Positions 15,102 to 25,622 of a stretch of 64,000 nucleotides of DNA are shown one piece after another; position 1 is the first letter of the stretch; each line of letters starts with the position of its first letter. The notes beneath the pieces were generated by a model, which ran no database searches, had not been told where the DNA came from, and saw nothing but the letters and a program-made list of their open reading frames with translations. Made by a program: the position numbers and the translations under genes. The stretch comes from an uncultured Gemmatimonadales bacterium (GTDB lineage Bacteria; Gemmatimonadota; Gemmatimonadetes; Gemmatimonadales; GWC2-71-9): assembly GCA_963815325.1 (NCBI GenBank), contig CAWFGG010000002.1, positions 709,472-773,471 on the forward strand. The letters run 5' to 3'.

Positions 15102-17834
15102 ATGATCAGGCTCAAGACCCTCGGGTCCCTCGAGCTTCTGGGCGCCGGGACGTCCGATTGTGAGGCCGTCCTGCGTCAGCCCAAGCGGCTGGCCCTCCTG
15201 ACCTACCTGGCCTGCGCCGCGCCGCGCCGCTTTCATCGGCGCGACTCCCTGCTTGCTCTCTTCTGGCCGGACCTCGACACCTCGCACGCCCGCGGCGCAC
15301 TACGCCGGGCGTTGTACTTCCTGAGAAATGCCCTCGGTGATGACGTCGTGGTCGGACGGGGCGAAGAGGAGATCGGCGTCGACGACGACGTGCTCTGGTC
15401 GGACGTCCGGGCCTTCGAGCGCGCACTGGCCGACGGCCGGCGCGACGAAGCGCTCGGGCTCTATCACGGCGATCTGCTCGAGGGGTTCTTCATCAGTTCC
15501 GCACCGGACTTCGAGCGGTGGCTGGACACCGAGCGCGCCGCCCTCAGGACCGCAGCGGCCCGGGCGGCGTGGTCGATCGCCGAGGAAATGGAAACGACAG
15601 ACCCTCGGAAGTCGCTCGAGTGGGCCAAGCGCGGAGCCGATCTCACTCCATACGAGGAAGAACCGCTTCGCCGCCTGATGGAGTTACTCGACCGCCAGGG
15701 CGACCGCGCAGCCGCGCTGTCGTCCTTCACCGCATTCGAGCGGCGGCTGGCCGAGGAGTTCGAGCTTACGCCGTCGCAGGAGACCGTAACGCTGGCCGAC
15801 CGGATTCGGGCGCAGAGCGCTACACCGGAAGTCGTGCCAGGCGAGACAGTCCCGGTCGCGCCGTCACCGGACCTCGTTGCGGTCCTGCCATTCACCGTAT
15901 CGGCCCCGGACAAGTACGCCTACCTGGCCGAGGGCATGGTCGACCTGCTGAGTACCAAGCTGGATGGCACCCGCGCGCTGCGCGTGCTGGACCCGCGAGC
16001 ACTCCTCGGCTGGCTGGCTCAACACGGGCAGCCAACGGCAGTGCCCGGTGACGTCTCGGCGCGCTTCGATGCGGCCCACGTTTTGACTGGCAGCGTGGTA
16101 GTAGGCGGCGATCGCGTTCAGCTCTCGGCCACGCTGTACGATCGGCGTGGCACGGTCGAGCTGGTGGCGGAGGCCGCGGGTGAGGCCGAGAATGAACTGT
16201 TCGATTTGGTCGACGAGATCGCGCGCCAGCTGTTGGCCTCCCGGAGTGCCGGGCCGGCCGGCCGGGTGGCCCGACTCGCGGCGCGCACGACCCGGTCACT
16301 GCCGGCCCTCAAGCATTATCTGGAAGGCGAGCATGCATTCCGAGGGGGAGAGTACTTCCAGGCAATTACGGCATATCAACAGGCCGCGGCCACCGATCCG
16401 GATTTCGCACTGGCGCACTACCGGTTAGCAGCGGCGCTCGCCGCGTGTGCCATGCCCGAAGGCGCGCGCCTCGCGGCAAATCAGGCACAGACACATCGCT
16501 CACGCCTCGCGCCTCACGATCGCTTGTGGTTGGACGCCCAGTTCGCGTGGCTCGAGGGACGCTCAACCGAGGCCGAGCGATTGTACTCGGACATTGTTGC
16601 CCTCTACCCCGATAACGTCGAGGCCTGGTATCTCCTGGGCGACTTGTTGTTCCATCACAATCCGTACCGCGGTCGGTCCATCACCGAGGCGCGAGTGCCG
16701 TTGGAACGGGCCATCGCGCTCGATCCGGATCACGTGAGCGCCATGGGGCACCTCGCGCGGATCGCGGCGCTCGAGGGCCGTTCGGACGATGTCGCCGATC
16801 TGGTGGACCGGATCTTCGTCACGAACCCAGCGGGCGACCAGGGGCTCCCCATGCGCGCCCTAAGGGCGTTTACCGTGTCCGACCTTCGTGAAGAGTCGGA
16901 TGTGCTCGACGGATTGAAGAATGCCCGTGCCCTGACGATCGGGATCGCCTTCTCGGACGTGGCCCTATATTCGGGCAACCTGGCAGGGACCGACCGCTTC
17001 GCGCGACAGTTTCTCGCGGTGGCCCGATCACCGGAGCTTCAGGCGCTGTGCCACATCATCCTGGCCCACATGGAGGCCATGCGCGGACGGCACGCCCTCG
17101 CGCTCGAGGCATTGGACAGGGCACAGGAGCTCGACCGCGCCTGGGCGCTCGAGATGCGGGGACTGTTCGCCGCCTGGCCGTTCTTCATCATTGAACCCGA
17201 CCAGGTGGCCCGGATCCGTGACGAGCTGGGCGAGTGGGATGCCGCGGCGACCCCACCGAGCCCACAGCTGCCGTTACGCGTCCACAACGACCAGCACCCC
17301 CATCTCCGTTTCTACCTTCTCGGACTTCTCAATGCCCGGCTTGGTCATTTCGATCGAGCGAGTGAGTGCGCGGCTGCCCTCGAGTCGGCAGCTGAGGCCG
17401 GAGCAGTTGGCGCATTTCCGGCATCGCTCGGTGCCGGGGTCAGGGCCCGGATCGCCTGGGAAGAGGGAGATCACGCGAACGCCCTACAGGCGCTCGAGGC
17501 CGATCGCCCGGAACTCTGGTTTCAGCAGGCGGTGAGCTCTCCCTTTTTCGGCCGGATTCTCGAACGCTTCATGCGGGCCGACTTGCTTTGGAGCCTGGGA
17601 CGACACGCGGAATCGGCGTCGTGGTATCGGAGTCTGGTCCAACGCTCGCCGTTTGAGCTGGCGTACCGCCCCATGGTCGAGGCCCGCCTGTACGAGCTGG
17701 CCCTGGAAGACGGCGACGCCGCGGCGGCCCGCACCCACGAGATCCGCGTGCGTGCCATGTTGGAGGATGCGGACGCTCGGCTCCTCGATACCATGGCGAG
17801 GTATGCGCCAACGCTGTTCGCTGGAGGGAAATGA
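15102..17834 (+). CDS. SARP/BTAD-family transcriptional regulator with a C-terminal TPR region
   Basis: 910 aa. OmpR-type winged helix 'LRQPKRLALLTYLA...SLLALFWPD', then BTAD 'DVRAFERAL...ALGLYHGDLLEGF...ERW', then a 'LVAVLPFTV...' module, then TPR-like repeats. Confidence 0.8.
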   Translation: MIRLKTLGSLELLGAGTSDCEAVLRQPKRLALLTYLACAAPRRFHRRDSLLALFWPDLDTSHARGALRRALYFLRNALGDDVVVGRGEEEIGVDDDVLWSDVRAFERALADGRRDEALGLYHGDLLEGFFISSAPDFERWLDTERAALRTAAARAAWSIAEEMETTDPRKSLEWAKRGADLTPYEEEPLRRLMELLDRQGDRAAALSSFTAFERRLAEEFELTPSQETVTLADRIRAQSATPEVVPGETVPVAPSPDLVAVLPFTVSAPDKYAYLAEGMVDLLSTKLDGTRALRVLDPRALLGWLAQHGQPTAVPGDVSARFDAAHVLTGSVVVGGDRVQLSATLYDRRGTVELVAEAAGEAENELFDLVDEIARQLLASRSAGPAGRVARLAARTTRSLPALKHYLEGEHAFRGGEYFQAITAYQQAAATDPDFALAHYRLAAALAACAMPEGARLAANQAQTHRSRLAPHDRLWLDAQFAWLEGRSTEAERLYSDIVALYPDNVEAWYLLGDLLFHHNPYRGRSITEARVPLERAIALDPDHVSAMGHLARIAALEGRSDDVADLVDRIFVTNPAGDQGLPMRALRAFTVSDLREESDVLDGLKNARALTIGIAFSDVALYSGNLAGTDRFARQFLAVARSPELQALCHIILAHMEAMRGRHALALEALDRAQELDRAWALEMRGLFAAWPFFIIEPDQVARIRDELGEWDAAATPPSPQLPLRVHNDQHPHLRFYLLGLLNARLGHFDRASECAAALESAAEAGAVGAFPASLGAGVRARIAWEEGDHANALQALEADRPELWFQQAVSSPFFGRILERFMRADLLWSLGRHAESASWYRSLVQRSPFELAYRPMVEARLYELALEDGDAAAARTHEIRVRAMLEDADARLLDTMARYAPTLFAGGK

Positions 17835-17863
17835 ACCGCCCTACCTGAGGCACACGGGCGGTT
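17834..17863. terminator. hairpin between convergent genes
   Basis: 8-bp stem 'aaccgccc'/'gggcggtt' overlapping the regulator stop codon. No clear T-tract. Confidence 0.3.
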
Positions 17864-17903
17864 GGGTCGTTACGAGGAGAGCGTCGGTCCGGACTCCGAG
17901 CGG

Positions 17904-19106
17904 TCAGCGCCGTTGCCCGGCGCCGTTGCCTTGTTCCTCATCGTGGGCCAGTATGAGCCCTTCCGGCCCGATGAGTACCACCTGCCGTTCCATCCGTCGC
18001 ATGAAGCTGACGAACGTGCTGGCAACGCCAGTGTCAAAAATGGTTCCGGCTCCCTGTTCGATATACCGGAGCGCTTCGGCCGGTTCCCAGGCGGGACGAT
18101 AGCTCCGCGGCGTCCGGAGCGCGTCATAGGCATCGCACACCGAGATCACCTTGCTCACGTAGTGGAAGTCACGGGTGTAGTGCAGATCGGGATACCCGTG
18201 GCCATCCGGCCGGCCGTGGTGCTCGTAGGCCGCGATGGCAGCCAGCTCGAACTCCGACTCGCGCCGGAGCAAGAGCCGGGCACCTTCCTCTGGATGCCGT
18301 TGGACCAGCTTCCGATCCGCTTTCGAGAGGGTGTGTTGCTGCAGCAGTTTTTGGGGCACGCGGCTCATGCCGATGTCATGCAGCAGTCCGGCGGTCCCAA
18401 AGGCGCGGATGTCCTTTGATCCCATGCCGAGCGATTCGGCGAGCGTCATCGCCAGGACGGCCACGTTGATGGCGTGCATGGTGGAGTAGTCGTCGTGCGA
18501 CTGGAGGTCGAGGAGCGGGATCAGCACCTCGCCTTCCGCCCGCATCGCGACGGCCAGCGATCGGATCACCGCCTCCACTTCGTCAAGCGGGACCATCTCC
18601 TCGAGTGCAGCTCGCTGGTACAGCCACCGCACGGTTTCGGTCTCTTCGCCGAGGCGATACGGAATCGTGGCGGTCCGGAGGAACTCATCGGACAGCTCGA
18701 GGTCTCCGTCTCCGGTCACGCGGAGCATGCCGGAGGTGATGCCGGGTCGAGCCGGAAGTTTTTCGGACGGGCCGGTCGTGCCCAAGCGCGAAAAGACATC
18801 GTCGAGGAATTGGCCGTACGCTTCGCGTGCTACCTCGGGTGCAAACTCCATGCGTTGGGCCCCGAGCGCGCCGAACCGTTCGGCCCACGGCCATTGATGC
18901 ATGTCGTGCAGGGTGCGCTGGCCATAGATGACCGAGCCGTCGATGAAGGAGAACGTCGCGGGCGATTCCTCGTCGAGGAGTTCACGGAGTTTTTCGAATG
19001 ATCGATCGACGACCCGGGCGCGCGCCGGGTGGCCCTCGCCGTAGAGCTGCATGGCGGACAACACATGGGCCATGGAGTGCAGGAAGAGGACGGGGCGCTC
19101 ACTCAT
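17904..19106 (-). CDS. HD-GYP domain protein (putative c-di-GMP phosphodiesterase/receptor)
   Basis: 400 aa. 'HAINVAVLAMTLA', 'AGLLHDIGM', 'HHGRPDGHGYP'. About 190-aa N-terminal domain of unknown function. Confidence 0.85.
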   Translation of the reverse strand: MSERPVLFLHSMAHVLSAMQLYGEGHPARARVVDRSFEKLRELLDEESPATFSFIDGSVIYGQRTLHDMHQWPWAERFGALGAQRMEFAPEVAREAYGQFLDDVFSRLGTTGPSEKLPARPGITSGMLRVTGDGDLELSDEFLRTATIPYRLGEETETVRWLYQRAALEEMVPLDEVEAVIRSLAVAMRAEGEVLIPLLDLQSHDDYSTMHAINVAVLAMTLAESLGMGSKDIRAFGTAGLLHDIGMSRVPQKLLQQHTLSKADRKLVQRHPEEGARLLLRRESEFELAAIAAYEHHGRPDGHGYPDLHYTRDFHYVSKVISVCDAYDALRTPRSYRPAWEPAEALRYIEQGAGTIFDTGVASTFVSFMRRMERQVVLIGPEGLILAHDEEQGNGAGQRR

Positions 19107-19108
19107 GG

Positions 19109-21295
19109 CTAGACGATCACCTTGAGCCGCGGGTCGTCGGTTACCTGCCGGAGCTGGAGGTGCGCGCCTGCCGCGTCCCGCACCTGCTTGTCACGATGCC
19201 GTTCGGCGCGGCGCAACAGCGGCAGCGCCTTCGGATTCCAGCGCCAGTGAATGGTCAACGCCGTGATGGCGGCCAGCATTGTCGGAGACTTGGGGGCGAT
19301 GCGTCGGAACCAATACCACCGCCGCGGACCCATGGCCGTGTCGATCAGGCATTCGAGCACCGACGGATCATCCGACGGTGCGATGGCTCGCACGGCCAGC
19401 GGCACCAGATCTTCCGGCAGGTCGTTCTTCCGCATCCGATCCACGATCGCCTGCACGGCCTCGGGCGGGCACCCTTCGCCCGCGGCGACCAATCCCAGAC
19501 GGACGGTGGGCGGATCCGGTGCGCCGACCGCTTCCCGGATGGCGCGGCCGCGGTTCGCGGGGTCCTGCAGCAGCAGCTTGAACCCTTCATGCCGCACACG
19601 GGCATCGGCGTGTGCCAGGCATGCCGTTGGCGAGAACTCCGGAGGCAACTCCGGCAGCATCGACAGGAGTCGGATGAGATTGCGCTGCACGTACCAGGGC
19701 GCGCCGCCGATTCGCTCCACGGCTTCCGGGCCGACCTCCGACCCAAACCGCGCTAGATATTCGAGCAGCTTGGCCCGAACCTTTCGATCCTGGGACGTCG
19801 CCAGGGCGTCGAACATCACGCCGGCCGCGTCCGGCCCGCACGCCGGCACCATGCGGCCCAACGTTTCGGTATCGACCGACGTCTCGCTGAGGAGCACGCC
19901 GACCGTATAGGGATGCACCACGCGGGCTCGCAGCTCCTGGACGACCGCATCGCCCTCCGGAGCCTGATCGATCACATCCAGCAATTCACCGGCCCGCCCG
20001 GTGGCAATCAGATAGTCGGCCGCACGCAGGGTGCCGGCCTCCATCACATCACCTTCCAGGCTCATCTGCACGATGCGCGCGGGTTCCGGCGCGTAGGCCG
20101 ACACCTCGTCGAGTTCATCGGGGAGGAACCGCGGCAGGCGGGCCAGGGTGCGTTCGTAGACGGCCGGCAGGGTGCCCTGAGCGTCCTGCTTGTCCCAGCG
20201 CTCGAGGAGCTGACGGATCATCTCCCGCAACGAATCGTCGGCCGCCTGACGCCGCGGACCGCCGTCATCCTCCGCGTGCGTGGCCAGCTTCTGCAGCAGC
20301 TGCAGCAGCGCCGGTGACAGGCTGCGATTCGAGGCGTTCGCCGCGGCTTCCACCAGCCGGATCACCACCTTCGCCGCCATCACGTGGGAGCTTTCGAGCA
20401 GGAAACGACGCTGCGTCCTTCCGTTGTCGCGCATGGCCAGCAACCGCTTGAGCGCATCCTCCGAGAGCTGGCCGATCAACTTGGCCAGGTGCTTCTGCAC
20501 GGCGACGGACTCGCCCCGGCCGCGATCGCGGCACGCCTCGGTGGACTCGGTCAATGCGCCGAGGACTCGGGTGACGTAGTCCGGGTTCTCACAGTGTTCT
20601 TCGATAGCCGCGGCGAGGGCCTCTGCGTCCAGCGCCGACCCCTCGTCGTCGGTCAGCTCGTCTGATACGGCGGCCCGGGCCAGCCCAAGCCAGATGAGTT
20701 TCGACCACGCCTCCGCCGCCGACGTGTCCTGCTCGTCGTCGTCCGAGTCGTCGAAGAGGATGAGATGATCGTAGGAAGGCGGATAAACCCGAATGTGCGG
20801 CCAGTGCGAGCGTGGCTTCGGCTCGCCCGGTTGCTCCGAGTCGTCACCGGAGGACCGGAGCAGCGTGGCGAAGAGTTCCGTCAACTCCGTTCGCTTGACA
20901 CCGCGCAGCAGCTTGACGCCGCCGACGTCGCGGCGGTGCAAGTGATCGGCGAGGTCGCGCAGCAGGACGTGCTTCGGGTCGGTCGGAATTCCCGCCACCA
21001 GCAACTGGCCCGGGGCGACCCCAACCGCCACCGCGCCACGGTCGAGGAACACCATTTCCAATTTCTTGGCGAGATTGTGGATGGCCGTTTCGAGCGCCGG
21101 GTGCCCATCCGGATACATCGAGAAGCGCTGGAAGGCGCCGGAGAAGGCCACGACGAACTCCGCCAGCTCTCGCGAGAGCACCAACTTGTCGCTGCTCCCG
21201 CTTCGAGTCAGCGCATCCGTCATCGCGCCTGGATCGCCGAGCTCGGCGTCATAGCGTTGCTCCGAGAGCCGGTGCTCGAGCGGCTGTTGCGTCAC
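19109..21295 (-). CDS. large alpha-helical (HEAT/ARM-like) protein of unknown function, coupled to the HD-GYP gene
   Basis: Long ORF (track 19109-21427). Stop lies 2 nt before the HD-GYP ATG. Start uncertain: GTG 21295, ATG 21223 or ATG 21427. The N-terminal segment resembles the HD-GYP protein's N-terminus. Confidence 0.6.
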   Translation of the reverse strand: MTQQPLEHRLSEQRYDAELGDPGAMTDALTRSGSSDKLVLSRELAEFVVAFSGAFQRFSMYPDGHPALETAIHNLAKKLEMVFLDRGAVAVGVAPGQLLVAGIPTDPKHVLLRDLADHLHRRDVGGVKLLRGVKRTELTELFATLLRSSGDDSEQPGEPKPRSHWPHIRVYPPSYDHLILFDDSDDDEQDTSAAEAWSKLIWLGLARAAVSDELTDDEGSALDAEALAAAIEEHCENPDYVTRVLGALTESTEACRDRGRGESVAVQKHLAKLIGQLSEDALKRLLAMRDNGRTQRRFLLESSHVMAAKVVIRLVEAAANASNRSLSPALLQLLQKLATHAEDDGGPRRQAADDSLREMIRQLLERWDKQDAQGTLPAVYERTLARLPRFLPDELDEVSAYAPEPARIVQMSLEGDVMEAGTLRAADYLIATGRAGELLDVIDQAPEGDAVVQELRARVVHPYTVGVLLSETSVDTETLGRMVPACGPDAAGVMFDALATSQDRKVRAKLLEYLARFGSEVGPEAVERIGGAPWYVQRNLIRLLSMLPELPPEFSPTACLAHADARVRHEGFKLLLQDPANRGRAIREAVGAPDPPTVRLGLVAAGEGCPPEAVQAIVDRMRKNDLPEDLVPLAVRAIAPSDDPSVLECLIDTAMGPRRWYWFRRIAPKSPTMLAAITALTIHWRWNPKALPLLRRAERHRDKQVRDAAGAHLQLRQVTDDPRLKVIV

Positions 21296-21593
21296 AACAA
21301 CACCCTGGCGAACCCGGACTGGTCTGGGGCAGTGGCCGTCACGAAACGTCCCCCCTAGAATAGCGGCAAATGCCATCGAGAGCGAGGTTTGGCAATGCAA
21401 GGCATGGCACGCTGTACCGCCCCACACCCCAAGGCCCGCTCACTCAGGCTTACCCGCTTGAAAGAGCAGGAGTTATGCCGCAGCGCGGCGGTCTGAAGAC
21501 GTCCACGGATTCGGGCAGGATTCGCTCCCGGATGGGCTATATTCCGTCGTTCGTCAGCGGCTTAACCCTCGCATCCTTACCCGTGAGCCACGC

Positions 21594-22850
21594 ATGTCGA
21601 CCACCGCGCGCCCTACCTTCGAGAGCCTAAAGCCCCCAACCGGCGGCAGCCCAATCACCGTGAAGGACGGCGTCCTCACCGTCCCCACCCACCCGATCAT
21701 CCCGTTCATCGAAGGAGACGGCACGGGCCCCGACATCTGGCGGGCCTCCCAGCTGGTGTTCGACGCGGCCGTTGAGAAGGCATACGGCAGGGAGCGGTCG
21801 ATCGTGTGGTTTGAGGTCCTGGCGGGCGAGAAGGCCAAGGACCAGACGGGCAACTGGCTTCCGGACGACACCCTTCACGCGATCCGCCACTACCTGATTG
21901 CCATCAAGGGTCCGCTCACCACGCCAGTGGGCGGTGGGTTTCGGTCGCTCAACGTGACGCTGCGCCAACGGCTGGACTTGTACGCCTGCGTCCGGCCGGT
22001 GCGCTACTTCAGCGGCGTGCCGTCGCCGGTCAAGTCTCCCGAAAAGGTCGACATGATCATCTTCCGGGAGAACACCGAGGACATCTACGCCGGAATCGAG
22101 TACCAGGCCCAGACCGACGATGCGCGCAAGCTCATCGCTTATCTGCAGGACACGCTCGGGGTCAAGTCGATCCGCTTCCCGAACACCGCCGGCATCGGCA
22201 TCAAGCCCGTCTCGGCAGAGGGAACCAAGCGCCTGGTGCGTGCGGCGATCGAGCATGCCGTGAACCGTGGTCGCAAGAGTGTCACGCTGGTGCACAAGGG
22301 CAACATCATGAAGTACACGGAAGGCGCGTTCCGTGACTGGGGCTACGAGCTGGCACGTGAGGAATTCGGTGCAACGCCGATCGACGGCGGTCCGTGGTGC
22401 ACACTGCCCAACGGAATCGTGATCAAGGATGTCATCGCCGACGCGTTCCTCCAGCAGATTCTCACCCGCCCCGCCGAGTATGACGTGATCGCCACCCTCA
22501 ATCTGAACGGCGACTACATCTCCGACGCGCTCGCTGCCCAAGTGGGCGGCATCGGCATCGCGCCGGGCGCCAACATCAACTACCAAACCGGGCACGCCAT
22601 CTTCGAGGCGACGCACGGGACGGCACCCAAGTACGCCGGGCAGGACAAGGTGAACCCCGGATCGCTCATTCTCTCGGGCGAGATGATGCTCCGGCACATG
22701 GGCTGGGAGGAGGCCGCCGACCTGGTCATCAAGAGCCTCGAAGCGACCATCAGCCAGAAGCGGGTGACCTATGATTTCGAGCGCCTCATGACGGGGGCGA
22801 CACTCCTCAAGACCAGCGAATTCGCCCACGCCATGGTCGGCAACATGTAG
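21594..22850 (+). CDS. icd: NADP-dependent isocitrate dehydrogenase
   Basis: 418 aa. '[14 protein letters not shown]', '[20 protein letters not shown]', '[25 protein letters not shown]'. Confidence 0.9.
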   Translation: MSTTARPTFESLKPPTGGSPITVKDGVLTVPTHPIIPFIEGDGTGPDIWRASQLVFDAAVEKAYGRERSIVWFEVLAGEKAKDQTGNWLPDDTLHAIRHYLIAIKGPLTTPVGGGFRSLNVTLRQRLDLYACVRPVRYFSGVPSPVKSPEKVDMIIFRENTEDIYAGIEYQAQTDDARKLIAYLQDTLGVKSIRFPNTAGIGIKPVSAEGTKRLVRAAIEHAVNRGRKSVTLVHKGNIMKYTEGAFRDWGYELAREEFGATPIDGGPWCTLPNGIVIKDVIADAFLQQILTRPAEYDVIATLNLNGDYISDALAAQVGGIGIAPGANINYQTGHAIFEATHGTAPKYAGQDKVNPGSLILSGEMMLRHMGWEEAADLVIKSLEATISQKRVTYDFERLMTGATLLKTSEFAHAMVGNM

Positions 22851-22863
22851 CGCCCGCTCCGCC

Positions 22864-24339
22864 ATGCCCGCCACGGCCGCGGCATCCCCAGCTTCCCGCT
22901 TGCAGCGACTGGCCCGCTGGGCCGGACCGGCCGGGTACGGCGCGACCATCCTCCTCGCCCCGCAAAGCCTCAACCCCGACGCCCGACACGTCCTCGGGAT
23001 CACCGTGTGGATGGTGATCTGGTGGGTCACCGAGGCGCTGCCGCTCGCCGCGACCTCACTCCTCCCCCTGGCCCTGTTCCCACTGCTCGGCGTCGCGAGC
23101 CCGCAAGAAGCCGCCCTACCCTACGCCAACCAGCTCATCTTCCTGTTTCTGGCGGGCTTTCTGCTCGCGGCCGCCCTCCAGGCGTGGAACGCGCACACCC
23201 GCATGGCCTACGGCATCGTCTCCCGCATCGGCTTCGGAGGGCGGCGCGTGGTGCTCGGCATCATGCTGGCGACCGCCTTCTTGTCGATGTGGATCTCGAA
23301 CACGGCCACCGCCGCCATGATGTATCCCATCGCCATGGCCATCGGGGGCCTGCTCGGCCACAGCAAGGAGGCCGACACCACCCGGACCGCGCTCATGTTG
23401 GGAGTGGCCTACGCCGCGTCCATCGGCGGCATGGCAACGCTCATCGGCACGCCGCCCAACCTGATCTTCTCGGCCTTCGTCGCGCAGGAGACCGGCCGAA
23501 CGATTGGCTTCGGCGAGTTCATGGCCATCGGCCTCCCGACGGCGGCGGTGCTCCTACCGCTCTGTTGGGTGCTCCTGGTCTTCGTGGCCTTCCGACATCA
23601 TGCGAGTATTCCGGCCGAAGCGGCCGCCGCCATTCAGCGACGGCGGGCCGCGCTTGGCGTCCTCCGCGGCGGAGAGGCAAAGACCCTCGTGGTCTTCGTC
23701 GTTACGGCATTGGCCTGGCTCTTCAGAGCGCCCAAGGACTTCGGCGCCTTCCGCATTCCGGGGCTCAGCGACGTCGCGCCCGGCATCGGGGACGCCACCA
23801 TCGGGATCACGGGCGCACTCCTGCTCTTCCTGATCCACACCACGCGAGACGGCAGCCGTCGACCACTGCTGACGTGGGACGAGGCCCGGGCCATCCCGTG
23901 GGGTGTGCTCCTGCTGTTCGGCGGCGGGCTGTCCCTCGCCGCCGCGATGGAATCGACCGGGCTCACCAATTGGCTCGGTCAGCACATGGCGATCCTTCGT
24001 TCGCTCCCGACTCTGCTCCTGCTTGGTGGGTTGGCGCTCACCGTGCTGGCCCTCGGCGAGCTGGCATCCAACACCGCCCTGGCCGCCATGGCCATGCCGC
24101 TGGTCGCCTCGCTCGCCGCCGGCATCGGGCAGCCGCCGCTCCTCTTGTTGCTGGTGACGGCGCTGGCCGCATCGACCGGGTTTGCCCTCCCCATCGCGAC
24201 CCCGCCCAACGCCATCGTGTTTGGATCGGGACAAGTCAGGGTTCGCGACATGGTCCGGGCCGGCCTCATGCTCGACGTGGCCGCCATCGTGGTTGTCGTC
24301 GTGATGGTGAGCCTACTGTTCCCCATCGTGCTGGGATAA
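22864..24339 (+). CDS. DASS/SLC13-family anion (di/tricarboxylate or sulfate):sodium symporter
   Basis: 491-aa polytopic ORF. 'WWVTEALPLAATSLLP', 'SNTATAAMMYPI', 'GTPPNLI', 'ATPPNAIVF'. Confidence 0.8.
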   Translation: MPATAAASPASRLQRLARWAGPAGYGATILLAPQSLNPDARHVLGITVWMVIWWVTEALPLAATSLLPLALFPLLGVASPQEAALPYANQLIFLFLAGFLLAAALQAWNAHTRMAYGIVSRIGFGGRRVVLGIMLATAFLSMWISNTATAAMMYPIAMAIGGLLGHSKEADTTRTALMLGVAYAASIGGMATLIGTPPNLIFSAFVAQETGRTIGFGEFMAIGLPTAAVLLPLCWVLLVFVAFRHHASIPAEAAAAIQRRRAALGVLRGGEAKTLVVFVVTALAWLFRAPKDFGAFRIPGLSDVAPGIGDATIGITGALLLFLIHTTRDGSRRPLLTWDEARAIPWGVLLLFGGGLSLAAAMESTGLTNWLGQHMAILRSLPTLLLLGGLALTVLALGELASNTALAAMAMPLVASLAAGIGQPPLLLLLVTALAASTGFALPIATPPNAIVFGSGQVRVRDMVRAGLMLDVAAIVVVVVMVSLLFPIVLG

Positions 24340-24357
24340 CGCCCGGTCCCTACTGAA

Positions 24358-25622
24358 TCAGGACGCTGACACCGGGGCGATCAAGCGATCCAGTGCATCA
24401 TCGGCCGGGGCACGGCCCTGTCTCGTGTAGCGCTCGAAGAAAGCCCGGGTAACCTCGAGGTCTCGCCCGGCGACGAACTCCGGCCCGAAGCGGCCGCATC
24501 CTTCCAAGGCAATTGCGAACAGGTCCGAGGCCACGTCCGCAATGTCCGGATCGGCCAGGCCATCGATTCCCGCTCGGAGGAGGAGTTCAGGATCGGGTGT
24601 GCCGATGAGATCGGCCGCCGCGTGGAGGCTCACGTGGTCGTACACGATGCCGGCGAGGAAACAGATGGGCACGGCATACCATTCGGGTGGAAGGGCGTCG
24701 ACCGAGCGGCATTCGAGATACCCCCTCGGCCGGACCTCGGGAAACAGGGTGGTGAGATGCGCGTGCCAATCGTCGAGGCTGGCCCCGCCCTCGGTCCACC
24801 ACCAGCTGAACGGACGGTATGCGCCACCGTCGAGCGGCAGCAACATGGCCGGCGCGTTCAGGGCAAATTGGAGATACTCCCCGACCGGGTCGGCAGATTG
24901 TGCCAAGAGTCCGGTCCGGCTCCGATCCGTGTTGCGCCATGTCTCCGCCCGGTAACTCTGGCATCCGGTGGGCACACCCCGGTAGATCGGAGAATTGGCG
25001 AAGATGGCAGTGAGGTAGGGGGCCAACGCGTTCAGCACCGTCCACCGCAGCGTCGGCTCTTCCAGGAAATCGAGGTTCACCTGGATGGCGGCGGTTTGAC
25101 GCATCATGCGCACACCGGTCCCACCGCGGGCCTCGAAATAGGCTGTCATCTTCCGATATCGAGGGGCGGAAAGCTGGAGCGGCACCTGGGCGAGGTCGTT
25201 CAGGGGGTCGATGCCTGTCGAGAGCATGGCAATGCCGGCATCTGATGCCGCCCGCACCAACGGCTGCATGGCACTCGCCATGCGCGGCATGAGCTCCGTG
25301 ATCGAACGGCACCGGGGAGAGCTGTACTCCAGCTGACCGCCGGGTTCCGGTGTCAACGTCCCTCCATCGGGAAGGCGAAACATCCAGGCGCCGCTGGGAT
25401 GCCGTGTCTCGACCCAATCCCGGGATGCACCATAGTGGCGCAAGAACGCGAGGCTCGAGCGACCCGACTCGGACTCGAACCGGCATACGGCACCTGATTC
25501 GGCGTCGACGGGGATGACCTCGACCTCGGCTCCAATGCCCCGGAGGGGCCTTCTGCCGCCTGGGTCGGAAGGCGTGCCGTTCCAAATCGATCGGCGAGGG
25601 GATCGGTGGCTCGGGTGGTCAT
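24358..25622 (-). CDS. egtA: EgtA-type glutamate-cysteine ligase; 5' end ambiguous (possible frameshift at 25545-25548)
   Basis: Body 'IGAEVEVIPVD...GGQLEYSSP...AAIQVNLD...TTLFPEVRPRGYLECRSVD'. An ATG at 25620-25622 overlaps the egtD stop (ATGA) but is in a different frame from the body. The in-frame ATG is at 25650. Confidence 0.75.
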
